Positions 50,301 through 60,746 of a stretch of DNA of 64,000 bases are shown here, piece by piece. The DNA is taken from positions 40,711-104,710 of the IMG/VR virus record IMGVR_UViG_3300044712_000336. One strand, given 5' to 3'. Position 1 is the stretch's first letter. Each line of letters starts with the position of its first letter. The stretch comes from a virus. Made by a program: the position numbers and the translations under genes. The notes beneath the pieces are model-generated. The model had not been told where the DNA came from. It worked only from the letters and a program-made list of their open reading frames with translations, and searched no databases.

Positions 50301-51437
50301 ATCCCCATCATTGTCAAGTATGTTATATGGATTAAGTGAATCTTCTGTTTCTAATGGATTACCTACATAAGTATTACCATTAGAATTATATCTATATGAT
50401 TGAGCATCCCAATTTTCTAATTCGTCATCCCAATATATAGTTTCTTTTATATTCCCTATAAATAATCTGTTATCTCTAACAGTCATAGTTTTAGCATATA
50501 TTGGATTTTTTACCATTGTATATTCATCCAATGTTAATGTTCCTATATATGAATTTCCTGTATCGACAATATTAATTGTATTTGCAATTGGATATTTACC
50601 AACTATATTAATAACTGGTGTACTTTCCTTTTCATTATAGTGTAATGCTATTACTTCTATATTATCATATTTACTAGTATCTTGTACTAATGTAATTGTT
50701 AAATTAATACCTTTTCCTGTATCTGTATTAGCACTACTTCCTTGAAAAACTGCACTATATATACTAGATTGAAATAATGGAATTACTTGAGATAATGGAC
50801 TAAATACTGTTTCAATACCATAATTATTATATAAACGATAAGCATATTGTATAGTACCTGATAATAAATTGCCACTAGTATATGAACTAAATACAGGTTC
50901 ATTTAATTTAATATCTTGTACAATATCTAATCTCTCTGGTTCTATTCCAGATCCCCCAACAATATTAAAAAATCGTAAATTATTGCGATGTGTTCCATCA
51001 TCATTAAGATCTATAAAATATACTTTCTGTATATCCTCAGATTCATATCTACCAATAGCAATTACTTTTTCACCTAAATCTAAGTTACCTTGATATACGT
51101 AATTATTAACATCAAAATCAAATACTAATTCATTTATTTGAATTAATCTATATATACGTGCTGATGTAGTACTAATATGTTTATAAAACAATATAATATC
51201 ATTATTAATAGTACACCATCCTACCAGTTTGTAATTAGTTACTGCTGTATTTATATTTGTTCCTTCATCATCTAATAATTCTATATTCCCTCTTATATTA
51301 AATATTGATGAAGATGATATTTCATCGTTCCAATTCAATCTACCATTAACTAAATTGTAATACTTATGTGGGGCAAACTTATTCTTTGATGTATCTCTAT
51401 CTAATCCACCTATAAATGTATTTATAGTTTGTTCCAT
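47379..51437 (-). CDS. Tail muzzle/stabilization protein (P22 gp10-like beta-propeller)
   Basis: NTFIGGLDRDTS...Y.NL.N.R N-terminus, YAYRLY, FQRDEIYRFGIVF...WIGDIRMP, YG.I..L; size and position as in crAss-like tails. Confidence 0.8.
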   Translation of the reverse strand: MEQTINTFIGGLDRDTSKNKFAPHKYYNLVNGRLNWNDEISSSSIFNIRGNIELLDDEGTNINTAVTNYKLVGWCTINNDIILFYKHISTTSARIYRLIQINELVFDFDVNNYVYQGNLDLGEKVIAIGRYESEDIQKVYFIDLNDDGTHRNNLRFFNIVGGSGIEPERLDIVQDIKLNEPVFSSYTSGNLLSGTIQYAYRLYNNYGIETVFSPLSQVIPLFQSSIYSAVFQGSSANTDTGKGINLTITLVQDTSKYDNIEVIALHYNEKESTPVINIVGKYPIANTINIVDTGNSYIGTLTLDEYTMVKNPIYAKTMTVRDNRLFIGNIKETIYWDDELENWDAQSYRYNSNGNTYVGNPLETEDSLNPYNILDNDGDSNYVYKYQINGSTIGGTGVNISYNFNTYESYNLDNDDGSDLFKRSLSQSKSSSDKDWVLGIKRNFQRDEIYRFGIVFFNKKMQQSFVKWIGDIRMPNLYDRNIINRSINTTYANTMCPIFTVSNFPTSAIAFQIVYVKREEWDKTVVAQGLGLALYYNSSVGRYNAIANIDYPDDGHLDVLKTQPTVDILTPYVTFSNSFNVADRIDLIGKYLRSDYTSVQAPYAERARTVKYRNITALNSGIERKTISDMQKLKPLQYTVINGLSQIAYVNESDDNRSGGWAGIRGTSIIVNVNSNWDAGSTDWGMFNIRKKIYPYGGYTYIARQTNTYIPASEIQFINNTNPITTTCYYGDTYICYYECLRTLWSDGLGHGEPTQDWVYIPLETSFNLIYRQDINTNSRALNQSVPSPSADILDRYSSTDYYWVSEDNLYKYNSAYSRVNNTNISIPKPSTVLNVIVKPSEIKYSDFKYDNEIKDSWLSFRTNNNNSVIGNYGEISHLQELNNQVYCFQTNAISLCSINRQELTTGSSGTTIVLGKGGVLDRFDYLSTEIGCILKSQIVKTPSSLFWIDVYRKKLYRISPTGFESYGDNKLVSSIFKESIDNYSWLHGIYYNNTVFLSVKNTYPNYVALVDKLDAEPRYYKLLFDNGSIVKDTFTNKDTYENTTFFVGNTYSINGKDYLVTDIGRYYIKIYDVTGTSTINDGDLIDIRDYVKYPNEFTLLYSELLQEFEGFQTIYPDIYIKNNQSLFTYLNVNTKNNSYNNRLWLHNIGYFGKFYNSTSYDNLILEIIVNVGGNDILEFNNVEWLCEVTSNSQDIINESLHYIQGENTYQQSELIKLYPIQNDNDIEYDEGFNIPTFLSYSAGTYNKYEVVTYNGNNYISLKNSNTTIPSNDHINWETYNLYNCRRTVRNWSTMMPRTYSYTERDLINNVDTIITKHNRLRDFYVKIRFVFVNDGTKKLMLHDIRTNYERV

Positions 51438-51443
51438 TAGTGA

Positions 51444-52151
51444 TTAAGTATTATATTGTTTTGTAACTAAATCATTAAGATCTTGTATAGGAACTTGTTG
51501 TATACTTCTATCATCTTTACTTAAAGTCATTCTACCTCTAGTTAATTTAGGTAATACTCTTAGCATTGAGTTTGATAGTTTATATTCTTCTTCTACTGAA
51601 GGAAGAAGTGATGATACTCTTGCTTGTCCAGAATAGAATAACCATTCTTGTTTAGCTCGTTCATATTTATGTTCATTTATAAGATCTTGCCAATATAATT
51701 TATTACATAATTTTTCTTTTAAATATGCTTTAATAGCATTGATTGCATATATTTTATTTATTATTAATGGATCACCATTCTCATCTAATGGTAATGATGA
51801 TATTTTCATATACACATCCTTATCTGTTTTATCTGAGATGATATATCCATCTTCTATAGTATAGGAATACATATCTCTATTCATATCCAATATATCTACA
51901 CGATTCATAATTATATCATCACATGATAAATATATTATATTTTCTACAAATTCTGGAATCTTTGCTTTATTCTCTTCTAATCTTAACTTTATAATTTCAG
52001 TTTCATTACCTTTTATCATACCTATAATTCGCATACAATCATATACATGTGTTGATATTTCAGCAGGATTCATATACTTCTGTATCATAAAAGTAGGTAA
52101 TTCAGAAGTTAATCTCTCTAATATTTCATTTATTGTAACGTATATATACAT
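51444..52151 (-). CDS. Tail ring/tubular protein
   Basis: Directly upstream of the muzzle gene; LPLDENGDPLI and W.FY..QA pattern. Confidence 0.65.
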   Translation of the reverse strand: MYIYVTINEILERLTSELPTFMIQKYMNPAEISTHVYDCMRIIGMIKGNETEIIKLRLEENKAKIPEFVENIIYLSCDDIIMNRVDILDMNRDMYSYTIEDGYIISDKTDKDVYMKISSLPLDENGDPLIINKIYAINAIKAYLKEKLCNKLYWQDLINEHKYERAKQEWLFYSGQARVSSLLPSVEEEYKLSNSMLRVLPKLTRGRMTLSKDDRSIQQVPIQDLNDLVTKQYNT

Positions 52152-52630
52152 TTGCGTTGTAGTATTGGGAAATCGTTAAATGGAAGTTTATTATCTTTAA
52201 TTAATTTAGATAAGTATTGTTTATTATCTCTACTCATCTTTAGAGAAAACCATTTAATATGTCGTATTTTACCATTATTATTTAGTTTATTCCAACGAAA
52301 TATATACTGTAATCCATCAGAATGATAGTTCTCAAAGAATACGTGTTTACCTGCCTTTAAAGTTTCTGGCCAATTTATGTAACTATAATGTTTAACTATT
52401 TGAGTTTTATCTTTGTTCATACGATAATAATCTTTTTTATATATTGATAATGTTCCTAGACCGTATGGGAATCTATACTCAAATCCTGTATCTATTAACA
52501 TTTTTATAATAGCACTGTTTATTTCAGTACATATATTGATATAATTTGTACTTCCTATATCTGTTTTAGTTATATGATTGTACATTTTATAAGCATCTAC
52601 TATTTTAAGATATTGTCTCTTTTTTGACAT
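52130..52630 (-). CDS. IHF/HU-like protein of the crAss tail module
   Basis: FPYGLGTLSI.K, INWPET, N.HSDG.QY.F.W; basic; conserved position. Confidence 0.65.
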   Translation of the reverse strand: MSKKRQYLKIVDAYKMYNHITKTDIGSTNYINICTEINSAIIKMLIDTGFEYRFPYGLGTLSIYKKDYYRMNKDKTQIVKHYSYINWPETLKAGKHVFFENYHSDGLQYIFRWNKLNNNGKIRHIKWFSLKMSRDNKQYLSKLIKDNKLPFNDFPILQRKCIYTLQ

Positions 52631-53321
52631 CTAGTTCTAATTCTTTAAGTTTACTATTTATTACAACTTGTATATCTGTTTGTAATATTGCATTTTTAAT
52701 ATATGTCCACATTGCTTGTGATACTGGATATTTTTCTGCGAATACATCATTTATACCAATTGTTCCAGTATTATAAATATATGAATTATTCTTATAGGAA
52801 TATACAAGCTCAGGTTGTTCAAATATTCCTTCAATGGACAGATAATCTATCATATTATATTTAAAACTAAACTTGTTAGTAATTAACCAAATATATCCAT
52901 CATATATAGTTACAAACGGTTTATTCTTACTAAATCGTGTATGACCTACATAAGGTATTCTATCTCGATGAACATAACTTAGTTTAGTTTCTTTTATTCC
53001 ACTAGTACGTATAAATAGTACATTATAATCGTGAGATAATTCAACCAATGTAGGAATACGTAATTCTGTCCTAAAGATATTATAACTAGAGGGATCATCT
53101 ATAAATGTAGAACCATTAACTGCCTTTAGTTTTAATCCATCAATAGGTTGTCTTATATTATCTTCTATACTTCTACCTTTATTTAATTCATTTTTTAACC
53201 ATAATGATCTTTGATTATTCATAAATTGAAGGATTAACCTCCGACTTAATTTATTGTCAGAGGTTAATCCATGTATTCTTATAAGTTCTTCTATTTCATT
53301 AACGCATTGTAATATTGTCAT
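52605..53321 (-). CDS. Tail ring protein
   Basis: About 240 aa; helical N-terminus, IPTLV, GIFEQP, YPVS...I C-terminal pattern; position in tail module. Confidence 0.6.
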   Translation of the reverse strand: MTILQCVNEIEELIRIHGLTSDNKLSRRLILQFMNNQRSLWLKNELNKGRSIEDNIRQPIDGLKLKAVNGSTFIDDPSSYNIFRTELRIPTLVELSHDYNVLFIRTSGIKETKLSYVHRDRIPYVGHTRFSKNKPFVTIYDGYIWLITNKFSFKYNMIDYLSIEGIFEQPELVYSYKNNSYIYNTGTIGINDVFAEKYPVSQAMWTYIKNAILQTDIQVVINSKLKELELDVKKETIS

Positions 53322-54102
53322 CTTCTTTAAGTTTTATATATATTTTTAAACCATTATTATACATATTTGTTACAAATGTTGTTATTGTTGATAAAAATAT
53401 TTCATTAGTTTTACCATTCCAATAATTATCAGATATTTTCTTTAATTCTGCTTTAAATGCTTCTATATGTGCATATGCTCTTGAATTACTTTTTAATTCA
53501 TTTATAAATCTATTATCCATATATCTTTCTGCAACTATTCGTAATGAATCAAATATAGATGATATTCCTATATCTAAATCTTTTATATCTAAACCTTTTA
53601 ATCCTGAATTTATACAGTCATTTGCAAATATTATACTAGCATCTCTACCATGATATATTAATGATACAAACTGTTCATCTTTAACTGTATTTAAGTTATT
53701 ATCTCGTATAAATTCAGATGTTACTTTTTTTATTTCTCTACGTACTTTATTTTCATAAACTGTTCGTTCTGCATGAACTTTTAAATCTAACATTGATATA
53801 TTTATATGTTTTATTTGTTCCTTTATATCAGAAACTTCACTAGATATAACATTACTCTTTTTACTAATAGTTTCAATATTTGTTTCTAATTGTTTTACTT
53901 TAGTACTAAGTATATCTAACTTTTCATTAGTTTGTTTAAATTGTTCTAATACTTTATTTGTATTATCATTATCTCTATTTACATACTTCTTTTTCTGACG
54001 TTTTAATCCATAAAGTACACTAACTATAGCACCTGTTACTGTTGTAATTATAGTTGTTATGTACTTTAAAGATTCTGGTGTAGTTAAATCTTTTAAATCC
54101 AT
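53299..54102 (-). CDS. Membrane-anchored coiled-coil protein (possible holin/lysis accessory)
   Basis: N-terminal TM helix YITTIITTVTGAIVSVLYGL, then KRQKKK, then a long coiled coil. Confidence 0.5.
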   Translation of the reverse strand: MDLKDLTTPESLKYITTIITTVTGAIVSVLYGLKRQKKKYVNRDNDNTNKVLEQFKQTNEKLDILSTKVKQLETNIETISKKSNVISSEVSDIKEQIKHINISMLDLKVHAERTVYENKVRREIKKVTSEFIRDNNLNTVKDEQFVSLIYHGRDASIIFANDCINSGLKGLDIKDLDIGISSIFDSLRIVAERYMDNRFINELKSNSRAYAHIEAFKAELKKISDNYWNGKTNEIFLSTITTFVTNMYNNGLKIYIKLKEDDNITMR

Positions 54103-54182
54103 TATTGTAATACTAATTTAGTTAATAAGTATATAGTCATAACATTACTCAATATTATATTAATTATAGACTTTATAATAGT

Positions 54183-54638
54183 TTATGGTCTATCTTGTAT
54201 AATTACCCCTAAATTCTCAAGTATAGGAATAGCTTCTGGATCTGGATTATTCATATATACTTCAAACCCACCATCTATTTTTACAAATGGGTTTTCATTA
54301 TTATACACTTGGTCTATAAATGTTTTAGCATTAGCAGTAAACCAAGCTATCTGATCATTAGTTAAAAATATTCTTTTTAGTTTATCTGGATATAACCAAT
54401 CGTTAAAATTACTAATTATTGTATAATCAGGATTACTATCTAAAAAGTTATTAACTACAACACTTAATATTTTAGCTTTATCATTTTCTGATAACGTATT
54501 TATTAGTATCTCTTCTTTTGGGGAATTATATCTACTCTGTTGTACATTTATACAAACAGTATTTCTAATAGAATCTACACCAGTGAAATCAATTATTTTT
54601 TGATAATTATCACCTTGTACAGTATTTATTACTTTCAT
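54183..54638 (-). CDS. Hypothetical protein (possible fibre chaperone)
   Basis: Downstream of the fibre genes. Confidence 0.55.
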   Translation of the reverse strand: MKVINTVQGDNYQKIIDFTGVDSIRNTVCINVQQSRYNSPKEEILINTLSENDKAKILSVVVNNFLDSNPDYTIISNFNDWLYPDKLKRIFLTNDQIAWFTANAKTFIDQVYNNENPFVKIDGGFEVYMNNPDPEAIPILENLGVIIQDRP

Positions 54639-54639
54639 G

Positions 54640-55179
54640 TTAATATCTTATTGTGAAATTAAATATTTTTAGTATGTTACTTGCATTTATCGCTTCAAAC
54701 CTGTAAGTAAGTTGTATTGTATTATCAATTGTAGTATTTATAAGTTGTGGAGTGGATTGTGTTAATTGTCTATATTTAGTAGAAGCAGGATCATATATTT
54801 TTGAACCACCACATACAACACATGTACCAGTAGAACCTATTGTTAATATTTTAACTACTAAATTTAATTCTACATTAATCGTAGTTAGTCCATTTGGTAA
54901 TGCGAATCCAGAAGAAACTATAATATCATTTCCACCTATCTTTAATTTTTGAGTAGCAGTTTGAGCGTTAAAAGTAGATAGTACACCGTTTGTTTGTAAG
55001 AATATACTACTACCAACTTTAAGGTAATTAGATTTTATTATATTACTTCCAAAATAAGTAGTACTCATTTGATCAGTTTCAACATCTGTGTTTTCAATAG
55101 TTCTTATCTCATTATTTTGCTGTAAAATTGTTAAAAGATTAGGAGCAAATGAGTAAGAATTAGTATCATTTTTATTCAT
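54640..55179 (-). CDS. Beta-rich putative fibre tip/receptor-binding protein
   Basis: T/N/S-rich beta-sandwich-like composition; follows the long fibre gene. Confidence 0.45.
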   Translation of the reverse strand: MNKNDTNSYSFAPNLLTILQQNNEIRTIENTDVETDQMSTTYFGSNIIKSNYLKVGSSIFLQTNGVLSTFNAQTATQKLKIGGNDIIVSSGFALPNGLTTINVELNLVVKILTIGSTGTCVVCGGSKIYDPASTKYRQLTQSTPQLINTTIDNTIQLTYRFEAINASNILKIFNFTIRY

Positions 55180-55183
55180 TATG

Positions 55184-58021
55184 TTAATATGTTACATTAT
55201 TAGCAAATTCATTACCAGCTACATTGATTATATCAGTATCACATAGATTATCAGTAACTATATTTCCTGTAACTGATCCAAGTACAATTGATGTAGATTT
55301 TCTAATTCCAGTAATTATATTATTATTACCATTCACTGCAATTGTAGTATGTTCACCACCTTCAATTTTTATAAATGTTGAATTTAATACTATTCCTGAT
55401 TCTTTTGAATCAATAAAGCAACCATTAGAACCAGAATCAAATGTAATAGTCTTGCTACCAGTAGTCTGTCCAATTTGGCAATTATAAAATTGACAATCAG
55501 CACCAGAAGGAATTATTAAACTTGAAGCAAAACTACAATTAACAAATTTTGCTTTTAATCCTGTTAAAGTCTGGGTAGTAGTTGATGCAAAATGTACATT
55601 AGTAAATTTAAAATATACAGATGTAGTATTATCATTATTATACTTAGATAAACTATTAAATGTAGAATTTGTAATAGATATATTATTTGTATCAGCTTCT
55701 GTAGGAACTGCATATTTTAAAATAGTAGAAGTTCCATTTACAGATTCAACTAATTTAAAAGAACTACCAACTACTATATATGTTAATCCACTAGCTTCAA
55801 TTTTGTGTGATTTACTAAAATCACAAGCATTATTTATAGATGGAAATGTACCAGAAAATATAGTATATCCTTCAAAAATCACTGGCGCACCACTAAGTTG
55901 ACTACCTATTATACAAGAAGCTCCACCACCAGCTAATTCACAATCTTTAAATGAAGATAATCTAAAATTAATATCAGCATTTGCACATGTCAATTTTGTA
56001 TCCTCAAATCTACATTGAAAGAAATTATGTATACTTACCCCAGTATCAGTAATTATACAATTTTTAAAAGTAGTATCACTTCCTGTACTAAATGATGTTG
56101 CTGTAAATGACTTTCCATTTTGTAAAGCTGTTGTAAATGTTATACCAAATACATAACTATTTAGTAATGAAGTACCTAATGAATAGTTTCCACATGTAAT
56201 AGTAATACCCTTATATGCTGCAATAATATTTAGATTTTGCCCTAATACTTGATCTTGTGTTAATGTTAGATTCGAAATTACAAGTAAATTTCTTTTACCA
56301 GCATCATAAGCAGCTTGTAAACTTGCATATTGTCCATTAGTACCAACAGTAACCCATCCAGATAAACTATTTTCAATTGGTGTAAAATCTTTTACTTTAT
56401 ATGCTCCAGATATAGAATCATAATATGGAAAATAATTATTTGTTAATCCAGTTTCATCAACACTTTTTGTTCCAATTCCACTTTTACTAATATTTACAAT
56501 GGTCTTATCATTTACAGAATCATCTGTAATTGTAAACTCATTACCATTTGAATTAACAAAATCTAATTTACTTCTATCTGTATATAGTGTACCATTTCCA
56601 AGTATTTTATGTCCAAATAATTGAATAGTTTTAATCTTTTCCCAAAAATACCTTAATTTCCTCGGTGTAATTATGTAAGTATCATTTATATTAGTAATTG
56701 TTGCATTAGTTGCAGCATCCTCAGCATTAGTTTGATCAGATAACTTAGCTATACCTTTTACCAATTCAGTAGCGTCTACTACAATTGATGGGTAATATAT
56801 ATCATTAATTCTACCTTTTACTGTTAAATTGTTTAAATCAGAATAACTAAAAGTACCTCTTATATGTGAACAATATATAGAAGTATTATCATTTGCTGTT
56901 AAATTAGTAATCTCACTATATCCACATTTTAACTTAGCACTTAAATTTAATGTTAAATTGTTTAATATCGTAGAATTGTTTAATACTATTGTTCCTTCAT
57001 TGGTAATATTTATAGTACCATAATGTCTTCTTATATTTACCGACATTGTTGAATCACCTGTACATGTCCAAGTACCATTAAATTCAGCATTAGGTGCAAA
57101 TATTTCTAAAGAATATGAATCTAAATCTATGGAAACATTTTCATTAAAATAAGATGAGTCTAAGCAAACTATTGAATACTCAGGATGTAATGTTTTTAAT
57201 TGTAAACTTTTAGTAAAAGTAGCCACTCTAGTGTTTAAACTATTTCCATTATCAGTATCATATCCACCTTTACCAACATATATTACATTTTCTGTATATA
57301 ATATATTTGTAGTATTATTATCTGTAACTAATGTATAGCCTAATATAAAATCATTTATTGGAATTGTAGGTTGTTCTGGACTTGCACTTTCATCCCCTTG
57401 ATATATACCTAATGTATTAGTTGAAGGAATTATTGTATAATAAACCAATCTACTTAAACCAGTAGATGAGTATAATCCTATATCATAACTACCACCAATT
57501 GTTATAGTCTTTAGTATATTATTATATAAATAATCAATACTAATTGGATTAAAAGTTGTATATAAATGATTGTTACTATTATTAAAAGTAGTAGTAATAT
57601 CAACAGAAGTAAGGATTTTATTAGAACTTGATACACTAGATAATATATCCTGTTTTATAGTAGAATATAATATTGCACTATTATTACCATTATTAATATA
57701 TAGTTTATCTGTACTGTTAATTGTATTAACTAATGGAAAACTATCAAAGTCAAATCCTAAATTTAACTCTTTAATAGCTAATTTTATATCATCTTCATTT
57801 ACACTAATAGGAATTGGTGCTGTCCAAAATCCATTTATACCTACCTTTTCTCTACGATATATATGTTTAGATACTAGTGTATTATTTACATAATGTGGTA
57901 ATGGAATATACTGATTTTCCCATAACCATTCTGATTCATATCCAGATGGATATTTACCATTTTGAAAATAAGATTTAGGTATATTACCATGAGACCATTG
58001 AACATATAATTTATTATCCAT
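55184..58021 (-). CDS. Tail fibre/spike with beta-helix regions
   Basis: Fibre repeat DATELVKGIAKLS...D...IITP; VTVGTNGQYASLQAA beta-helix cap; repeated F.NC motifs. Confidence 0.75.
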   Translation of the reverse strand: MDNKLYVQWSHGNIPKSYFQNGKYPSGYESEWLWENQYIPLPHYVNNTLVSKHIYRREKVGINGFWTAPIPISVNEDDIKLAIKELNLGFDFDSFPLVNTINSTDKLYINNGNNSAILYSTIKQDILSSVSSSNKILTSVDITTTFNNSNNHLYTTFNPISIDYLYNNILKTITIGGSYDIGLYSSTGLSRLVYYTIIPSTNTLGIYQGDESASPEQPTIPINDFILGYTLVTDNNTTNILYTENVIYVGKGGYDTDNGNSLNTRVATFTKSLQLKTLHPEYSIVCLDSSYFNENVSIDLDSYSLEIFAPNAEFNGTWTCTGDSTMSVNIRRHYGTINITNEGTIVLNNSTILNNLTLNLSAKLKCGYSEITNLTANDNTSIYCSHIRGTFSYSDLNNLTVKGRINDIYYPSIVVDATELVKGIAKLSDQTNAEDAATNATITNINDTYIITPRKLRYFWEKIKTIQLFGHKILGNGTLYTDRSKLDFVNSNGNEFTITDDSVNDKTIVNISKSGIGTKSVDETGLTNNYFPYYDSISGAYKVKDFTPIENSLSGWVTVGTNGQYASLQAAYDAGKRNLLVISNLTLTQDQVLGQNLNIIAAYKGITITCGNYSLGTSLLNSYVFGITFTTALQNGKSFTATSFSTGSDTTFKNCIITDTGVSIHNFFQCRFEDTKLTCANADINFRLSSFKDCELAGGGASCIIGSQLSGAPVIFEGYTIFSGTFPSINNACDFSKSHKIEASGLTYIVVGSSFKLVESVNGTSTILKYAVPTEADTNNISITNSTFNSLSKYNNDNTTSVYFKFTNVHFASTTTQTLTGLKAKFVNCSFASSLIIPSGADCQFYNCQIGQTTGSKTITFDSGSNGCFIDSKESGIVLNSTFIKIEGGEHTTIAVNGNNNIITGIRKSTSIVLGSVTGNIVTDNLCDTDIINVAGNEFANNVTY

Positions 58022-58375
58022 TTATTCTAGTTTTACTGATTGCCAACCATGTGAAGTTTTTAGTCTTAACTTTTCCATTATTGGATTATAATATATAACA
58101 CCATTTTTAGTAATATCATTCTCATTCAATACTGATGTTATATTTATAGGATGTTTTAATTCATAAACTTCATCTATTGTCATTATATTTTCTATTATGG
58201 TTTTATTTATATCAGGAATCATCTCAACTACATGTTGTAAATCATCTTTAGTTATATTATCAACATTTGTTGATTTATTAATATTAGATAGTAAAAAGGC
58301 TAGTAATTCACTAGCCCTTATTTCTGTACTATCTAATGGATTATTTTTCTTTTTTATTAAAATAATATCATCCAT
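58022..58375 (-). CDS. Small tail-associated protein
   Basis: C-terminal NGVIYYNP...LR.KT..GW motif of the kind seen in fibre joints. Confidence 0.5.
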   Translation of the reverse strand: MDDIILIKKKNNPLDSTEIRASELLAFLLSNINKSTNVDNITKDDLQHVVEMIPDINKTIIENIMTIDEVYELKHPINITSVLNENDITKNGVIYYNPIMEKLRLKTSHGWQSVKLE

Positions 58376-58377
58376 AA

Positions 58378-60180
58378 TTATATTGCTATTGTAAACAAGT
58401 TACCATTTTGATCTATATTCAGTTTAAACCAAGATGTTCCATTATTAGGTGTAATTTGTATTCCTGCATTTCCACCAGTAGATACAATTTTTATATTACC
58501 ATAAATAGTATCTTTAGATAATTTTGAATTATCTGCTGTATCTATATATGATTTAATTCCACTAGAAGTATTCAATGGACTTCCAGTATCAGCAGTAACA
58601 AATGTTCCAGATAAATCATCAGGGACAGCTAAATCAAGTTTTAATTGATTATAATCAATATTAAGATTATATGTTATTGTTCCAATACTATCTACTGTAG
58701 ATAACCAAATAGAATGACTAGGGTTAGCGGTAGTACTGTTACTAGCATTTAATATTAAATTACCATTCTTTGAATTAACTGTTTTAACAAATGATGAAGG
58801 AATTACAGCATATAATGCTCCATTAACATCTTGTTTAATTGTATTCTGATCACATACTGTTGAATGTAAATGTTTTGGTTTAATACCAGCTAACGCTAAT
58901 TTAACCCCATTCACATCTTTATCTATTCCTTCACTAGTATTAACTTTAACTTCAAGTTTTTGGCTCTCAATAATAGTACTATTTCCAGTATTGATTTTTA
59001 AGTGTTTACTAATAGTACTTCCACCATCATCAGTATCTTCTGTAACTAATCCACCGTTCAATGAAGATGATATTAAGTTTTCTGTTTTAACATACAACTT
59101 ATTAGCATTAACACCTATTCCATCATCATTGATATCGGAGCATTTAACTTGTAAATTATTACTACCATCATCTTGTATTCCTGTTCCTACAATATCAGAT
59201 ACATGTACTTCTATCTCTGTCCCTGTATGAGTTAATCCATCACCAATAGAGGAAACATTTATCTTTTCAGCAGTAACACTGTCGTCAATAATTTCAAGTT
59301 TACCAGATTTAAGACCTATTGTTGAAGTACCAGTAATTGTCCCTGTATTGGTAAAACTATCCATATATCCAATATGATTACTACCAGATGCTTCCTGCAA
59401 CATGTGGTCATTAACTGTAATATTAATGAACTTAACCCACATTCCATCAGCATATGTAAATATATAACCTTTAGTATCATCACCATTTGAGGATGCTTGT
59501 ACTATATTTACACCTTTAACTGTAAAAGCACCTGTTCCACTATTAGATGTTGCACCAAAATACATACAATATGTTCCAGCATGTGTAGCACTTACATAAG
59601 CTGTCCAAGTATTACCATCTAAACTAAAATATGTTCCTATATCTTCAATATCATTTAATCTATGATTACCTAATGATAAGTATGTAGATATTCCTGTAGT
59701 AGTTGTAGTTGTTAAACCATTGCAACATCCACCAGTAACAACGGTAGTTGGTGTAATTGGTTTAGTATCAAATGCACCTAATGCAGATATACATAATCCT
59801 TTTCCTTCAACACCTTGTAAACCTTGTAAACCTCTTAATTCATCTTTAAGGATTAAATTATTCCAAGTAGTTTCACCAATATATCGCCATGTAATATACT
59901 CATCATTTTGTGAAAATTCTATATTCTTACCATCTTGTGCTACAATATATTCAGCCATTCCCCAAGTTGTACTACCTGCTAACATAGTACGTCTATATTT
60001 ATGTCCTGGAAGTGTCCCTAAACCAGTTATACTATTAGCATGTTCTATTGGAATGAATGGTGGATCTTCCCAATCACTTATTCCATTATGTGAGTATTGT
60101 ACCCTTTCTATTAGAAAAGTAGTACCATCAACAAGTATTACAAACCCATTATTAGTGTAAATTTGATTTTCCGTAGTCAT
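58378..60180 (-). CDS. Tail fibre protein with a short collagen-like motif and shaft repeats
   Basis: GLQGLQGVEG; repeated G.G[LI]....L.VK units. Confidence 0.7.
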   Translation of the reverse strand: MTTENQIYTNNGFVILVDGTTFLIERVQYSHNGISDWEDPPFIPIEHANSITGLGTLPGHKYRRTMLAGSTTWGMAEYIVAQDGKNIEFSQNDEYITWRYIGETTWNNLILKDELRGLQGLQGVEGKGLCISALGAFDTKPITPTTVVTGGCCNGLTTTTTTGISTYLSLGNHRLNDIEDIGTYFSLDGNTWTAYVSATHAGTYCMYFGATSNSGTGAFTVKGVNIVQASSNGDDTKGYIFTYADGMWVKFINITVNDHMLQEASGSNHIGYMDSFTNTGTITGTSTIGLKSGKLEIIDDSVTAEKINVSSIGDGLTHTGTEIEVHVSDIVGTGIQDDGSNNLQVKCSDINDDGIGVNANKLYVKTENLISSSLNGGLVTEDTDDGGSTISKHLKINTGNSTIIESQKLEVKVNTSEGIDKDVNGVKLALAGIKPKHLHSTVCDQNTIKQDVNGALYAVIPSSFVKTVNSKNGNLILNASNSTTANPSHSIWLSTVDSIGTITYNLNIDYNQLKLDLAVPDDLSGTFVTADTGSPLNTSSGIKSYIDTADNSKLSKDTIYGNIKIVSTGGNAGIQITPNNGTSWFKLNIDQNGNLFTIAI

Positions 60181-60730
60181 TTTGTATAATTATTAATATT
60201 TGATTTAATTTAGTAATAGTGTTATTTATCTCAATATCATTAGGTTCTTGTGCTAACGAGTATATATTATTAAGTAATACTATACAATTAAGAATTAATT
60301 CTTGATTAGTTTTAGTAGTTTCAGATTTATAAGTTACTGTATATTTTTGAACATCAAATTCAGTACATGTGTCTTTAAGTAATTGTTCAACTTGGTTCTT
60401 AATGTTGGAAAACTTTACTACTTTTTTTTCCTTTATATAGTTATTATTTATATTAACTTGTATAGTATATACCCCATCTTCGAATGTACTTCCTGAAGGC
60501 ATACCTAGTATTTCTGGTGTAAATTCATAAAGAGTTCTATCTTTCTTATATAATAAGATATATGAATTAACATCAAAGTTGTATGTTCCACCATTAGGTA
60601 TTTTATCCGATGTGATGGAAATAGTCATTGAATGTATAATATCAGGTGTTTCTTTTGGATTTGGTATTGTAGTATCAACTACTTTAAGTGTATACTCATT
60701 CCAAAACCAAGGCATAAAATTTAATATCAT
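60152..60730 (-). CDS. Putative tail hub/adaptor protein
   Basis: FEDGVYTI motif; helical C-terminus; sits between the putative auxiliary capsid and fibre genes. Confidence 0.45.
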   Translation of the reverse strand: MILNFMPWFWNEYTLKVVDTTIPNPKETPDIIHSMTISITSDKIPNGGTYNFDVNSYILLYKKDRTLYEFTPEILGMPSGSTFEDGVYTIQVNINNNYIKEKKVVKFSNIKNQVEQLLKDTCTEFDVQKYTVTYKSETTKTNQELILNCIVLLNNIYSLAQEPNDIEINNTITKLNQILIIIQNDYGKSNLH

Positions 60731-60746
60731 TTTAGTATGTATTAAT

